In this document: in pieces, positions 61,653 through 64,000 of the stretch
Layout: each line of letters opens with the position of its first letter
Numbering within the stretch: the stretch's first letter is position 1
Assembly (NCBI GenBank): GCA_029261055.1
Contig: JAJDCA010000075.1
Span: 77,573-141,572 of the forward strand
Direction of reading: 5' to 3'
Origin: Candidatus Omnitrophota bacterium
Lineage (GTDB): Bacteria; Omnitrophota; Gorgyraeia; Zapsychrales; Zapsychraceae
Length of the DNA: 64,000 bases
The notes under the pieces: model-generated
What the model was told of the DNA's origin: nothing
The model's database searches: none
The model's input: the letters and a program-made list of their open reading frames with translations, nothing else
Program-made: the position numbers and the translations under genes

Positions 61653-61827
61653 GAAAAAATAGACGCTATATTTAACCCGTTATTTCTAAACGAGTAATAA
61701 AACAAATATATTCTATGAAAAAAAAGACTATGTCGATAATTTTTGATAATTATTTTGTGTTGTTTGTAATATTGACACAAAGTGGCGTACTTATGTCAGT
61801 GCAACTGACAATGTAAAGGTGGTCGTA

Positions 61828-63681
61828 TTACGTGCGTAAAAACTGTTTATCGAGAAATGATTCGGACATTTCTATGACGGTGGGGCGGCCGTGGGGGCAG
61901 GTGAAGGGGTCGAGGCATTGGAGGAGTTGTTCGCGTATGGCTTCGGCTTGTTCGGGTTTGAGGGCATCACCGGCCATGATGGATGAGCGACAGGCACGAC
62001 GAGCCAAGGTATCGTGATCAGTGCGGGCAATGGTGTCGCCGGCGAGTAAGGCGCGTACGGCTTTCTCGACATTCTTTAAAAGAAGTGGTTGGCTGTGGAC
62101 GGCAATCGTTTCGTCATTCCATTGTGTTGTATCTAATCCCAATTGATTTAGGTTTTCCTGACATTCTTCCCATGATACGAGTTCTTGAGCGCTGAGTTTG
62201 ATGAGAATAGGGCTCAATAGGTTCTGCACTTCCACACTTCCTTTATTCATTTGTTGAATCAGTTTTTCATACGTAACACGTTCTGCCGCGGCATGCTGGT
62301 CGATAACTAGCAATGAGGGGGTTGATTCAAAGAAAAGGAATTTATGGATGAACGTCCCGACAAAACGGGCATTGGTTAATTTGCTTTGCAAGCTATCCTG
62401 TTTTTGTTGAAACAAGGTTTCACCGGCCATCGAATAATATTCAGCCTGCGGAAAGGCGTATTGGTCTGACGGCGCTGTGCCGCGATTCGGTGCACTTTTT
62501 GAATTACCTTTATCCGTCGCGGAATACTGCGTGTTAGATGGTTCAAATATTGATGGTGGCACAGTGGTGTCAAACGGCATGTCCTTTGTCGTCGTGCCGG
62601 TCAGGGCACGATCAATGGAATAAGGTTTATTAGCGCTGTTTTCAGTAGATGTGTCTGAAGAAGGATCTACGGCTTGTTTGGCCGCCGAGGCCTGCATTAA
62701 AGTGTTTTCACATAAATGGCGTAAGATAGAGGTGATGATTTGTTCATTCTTCATTTTGACTTCCCGTTTTGCTGGGTGAATATTCACGTCAAGATCTTCG
62801 GCCGGCATATTGATAGTAACAACAAAAAATGGATAGGTCCCTTGGGGCATAATGAGACGGTACACATTATTCATATGAAAGCTGATGTTTTTATTATCCA
62901 CTGGCCGGCCATTAATAAATACAAACTGCATATCCCTTCGAGAGCGTGTGATATTAATATCGCCAAGGAACATATCAACGGTAATATTTTTATCGGATAA
63001 TTCTTGCTGCGTGGCGAGAATATTATCTTTGTTGAGGTTTAAGGTCGCCGCGATGCGTGTTACGGGATCTTCAGTCGGGGCAAGGTCGAGTAATGTTTTG
63101 CCTTGATGCGTCAGAAGAAATCGGATCTTAGGGTGCAGCAGGCTGTATGGAATAAAAATATTCAGAATTTGATTAAGTTCCGTGGTGTTGGTCTTGAGAA
63201 ATTTTTTTCGGGCTGGGGTATTAAAAAAGAGTTCTTTGACTTCTATGGTAGTGCCTTTGTCCGGTGCCGGACCGGGCTTTAAACTTAATTGTTTACTTCC
63301 ACGTAAATGAATTTCCCATCCGGTATCTTGTTCAATAGTCTTGCTTTGTAAAGTCACGTCTGCAATAGCCGCGACGCTGTACAATGCTTCTCCGCGAAAT
63401 CCTAAAGAATGAATATCAAAAAGGTCTTCGGCGCTTTGAATTTTGCTTGTCGCATGTCTGAGGAAAATTTTTTCTAAATCATCTTGCCCAATACCGGAAC
63501 CATTATCTTTGATAGTAATGGCTGTCTTGCCGGCATCTTTCAGATGGAGTTCAATGCTGTCAGCCCCGGCATCCAGACTATTTTCCAGAAGTTCTTTAAC
63601 GACGGATGCCGGACGTTCAATCACCTCACCGGCGGCGATTTTACTGATGATATCAGATGGGAGTATGTGGACTTTGTTCAT
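61828..63681 (-). CDS. mutL: DNA mismatch repair endonuclease MutL
   Basis: IAAGEVIERPASVVKELLENSLDAGA, DNGSGI, RHATSKI, GFRGEAL, LFFNTPARKKFLK, DVNIHPAKREV, endonuclease motif DQHAAAERVTYE, ACR, CPHGRP. Confidence 0.98.
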   Translation of the reverse strand: MNKVHILPSDIISKIAAGEVIERPASVVKELLENSLDAGADSIELHLKDAGKTAITIKDNGSGIGQDDLEKIFLRHATSKIQSAEDLFDIHSLGFRGEALYSVAAIADVTLQSKTIEQDTGWEIHLRGSKQLSLKPGPAPDKGTTIEVKELFFNTPARKKFLKTNTTELNQILNIFIPYSLLHPKIRFLLTHQGKTLLDLAPTEDPVTRIAATLNLNKDNILATQQELSDKNITVDMFLGDINITRSRRDMQFVFINGRPVDNKNISFHMNNVYRLIMPQGTYPFFVVTINMPAEDLDVNIHPAKREVKMKNEQIITSILRHLCENTLMQASAAKQAVDPSSDTSTENSANKPYSIDRALTGTTTKDMPFDTTVPPSIFEPSNTQYSATDKGNSKSAPNRGTAPSDQYAFPQAEYYSMAGETLFQQKQDSLQSKLTNARFVGTFIHKFLFFESTPSLLVIDQHAAAERVTYEKLIQQMNKGSVEVQNLLSPILIKLSAQELVSWEECQENLNQLGLDTTQWNDETIAVHSQPLLLKNVEKAVRALLAGDTIARTDHDTLARRACRSSIMAGDALKPEQAEAIREQLLQCLDPFTCPHGRPTVIEMSESFLDKQFLRT

Positions 63682-63690
63682 AATTTATTA

Positions 63691-63964
63691 AAGAAGCAGA
63701 GAAGTAAGAAACAAGATGCAGAGATTTAAAATGAGGGCCAGAGGTGTAAGAAGTAAAGAATAAAGAAAGAGGAATTAAAAAAATAGAGACAATTTTTAGT
63801 AAAACAGTATTAAACTTTTTCTTTTTTTTACGTCTCTACTTCTCACATTTTTGTTTCTTACATCTCTGCTTCTTACATCTTTGCTTCCTGCTTCTCTACT
63901 ACAGGCATCTTTACTTCTTGCTTCTAACCTCTCTGCTTCTTGATTCTTTGCGCCTTTGCTTCTA
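63691..63964. repeat. Degenerate ~8-nt tandem repeats in two inverted blocks
   Basis: Purine block 63691-63790 (AGAAGCAG/AGAAGTAA...) and pyrimidine block 63833-63964 (CTGCTTCT/TTACATCT...). AAGAAGCAGAGA (63691) is exactly complementary to TCTCTGCTTCTT (63863 and 63930). Confidence 0.7.
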
Positions 63965-64000
63965 TTTAACTGTTTCTTTCAGCTTCCCCAACACATTCAA
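63962..64000 (-). CDS. 3' end of an upstream gene, possibly MutS
   Basis: The minus strand reads LNVLGKLKETVK*, resembling the MutS C-terminal helix (..EALNxLxxLK), and lies upstream of mutL. Only 12 codons are visible. Confidence 0.35.
   Translation of the reverse strand: MNVLGKLKETVK

Noticed and set aside
5000-61500. About 90 short ORFs on either strand overlapping the giant gene, including 22953-23435, 41567-42103 and 58649-59173
   Set aside because: No family motifs were recognised. They look like shadow ORFs, unlike the six TA genes.
61772-61810. TTGACA at 61772 and palindrome TGTCAGT-GCA-ACTGACA at 61794-61810 as a promoter or terminator
   Set aside because: There is no properly spaced -10 and no U tract, so a function cannot be assigned.

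Overview
About 96% of the window is a single uninterrupted + strand ORF ending at 61652. It has at least 20,549 codons, and the frame is already open at base 3, so the gene starts upstream of the window. It encodes a giant multi-pass membrane protein built from many enzyme-like modules separated by transmembrane hairpins: GT4, two GH13, two GlpX-like+TPR blocks, HD-GYP, GGDEF, two SF1 helicases, a phosphatase-like domain, HAD, a P-loop domain, three SAM methyltransferases, a nucleotidyltransferase, three MoaD/ubiquitin-like domains, an XRE HTH and nine HExxH motifs. This architecture resembles the giant proteins known from Omnitrophota; the taxonomy is an inference. A convergent mutL follows, and possibly the 3' tip of mutS. 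Main unexpected signals: (1) three toxin-antitoxin modules with their own promoters and Shine-Dalgarno sites lie antisense inside the giant ORF (3363-4993) without breaking its frame; (2) six 71-108 nt hairpin elements have covarying terminal stems and a conserved TCCCGTGGCGGGT-type core read in all three frames, and they sit at module and TA-cassette borders; (3) repeated internal signal-peptide-like segments and internal ubiquitin-like GG ends suggest polyprotein processing. All domain calls come from motif recognition by eye; no searches were run.
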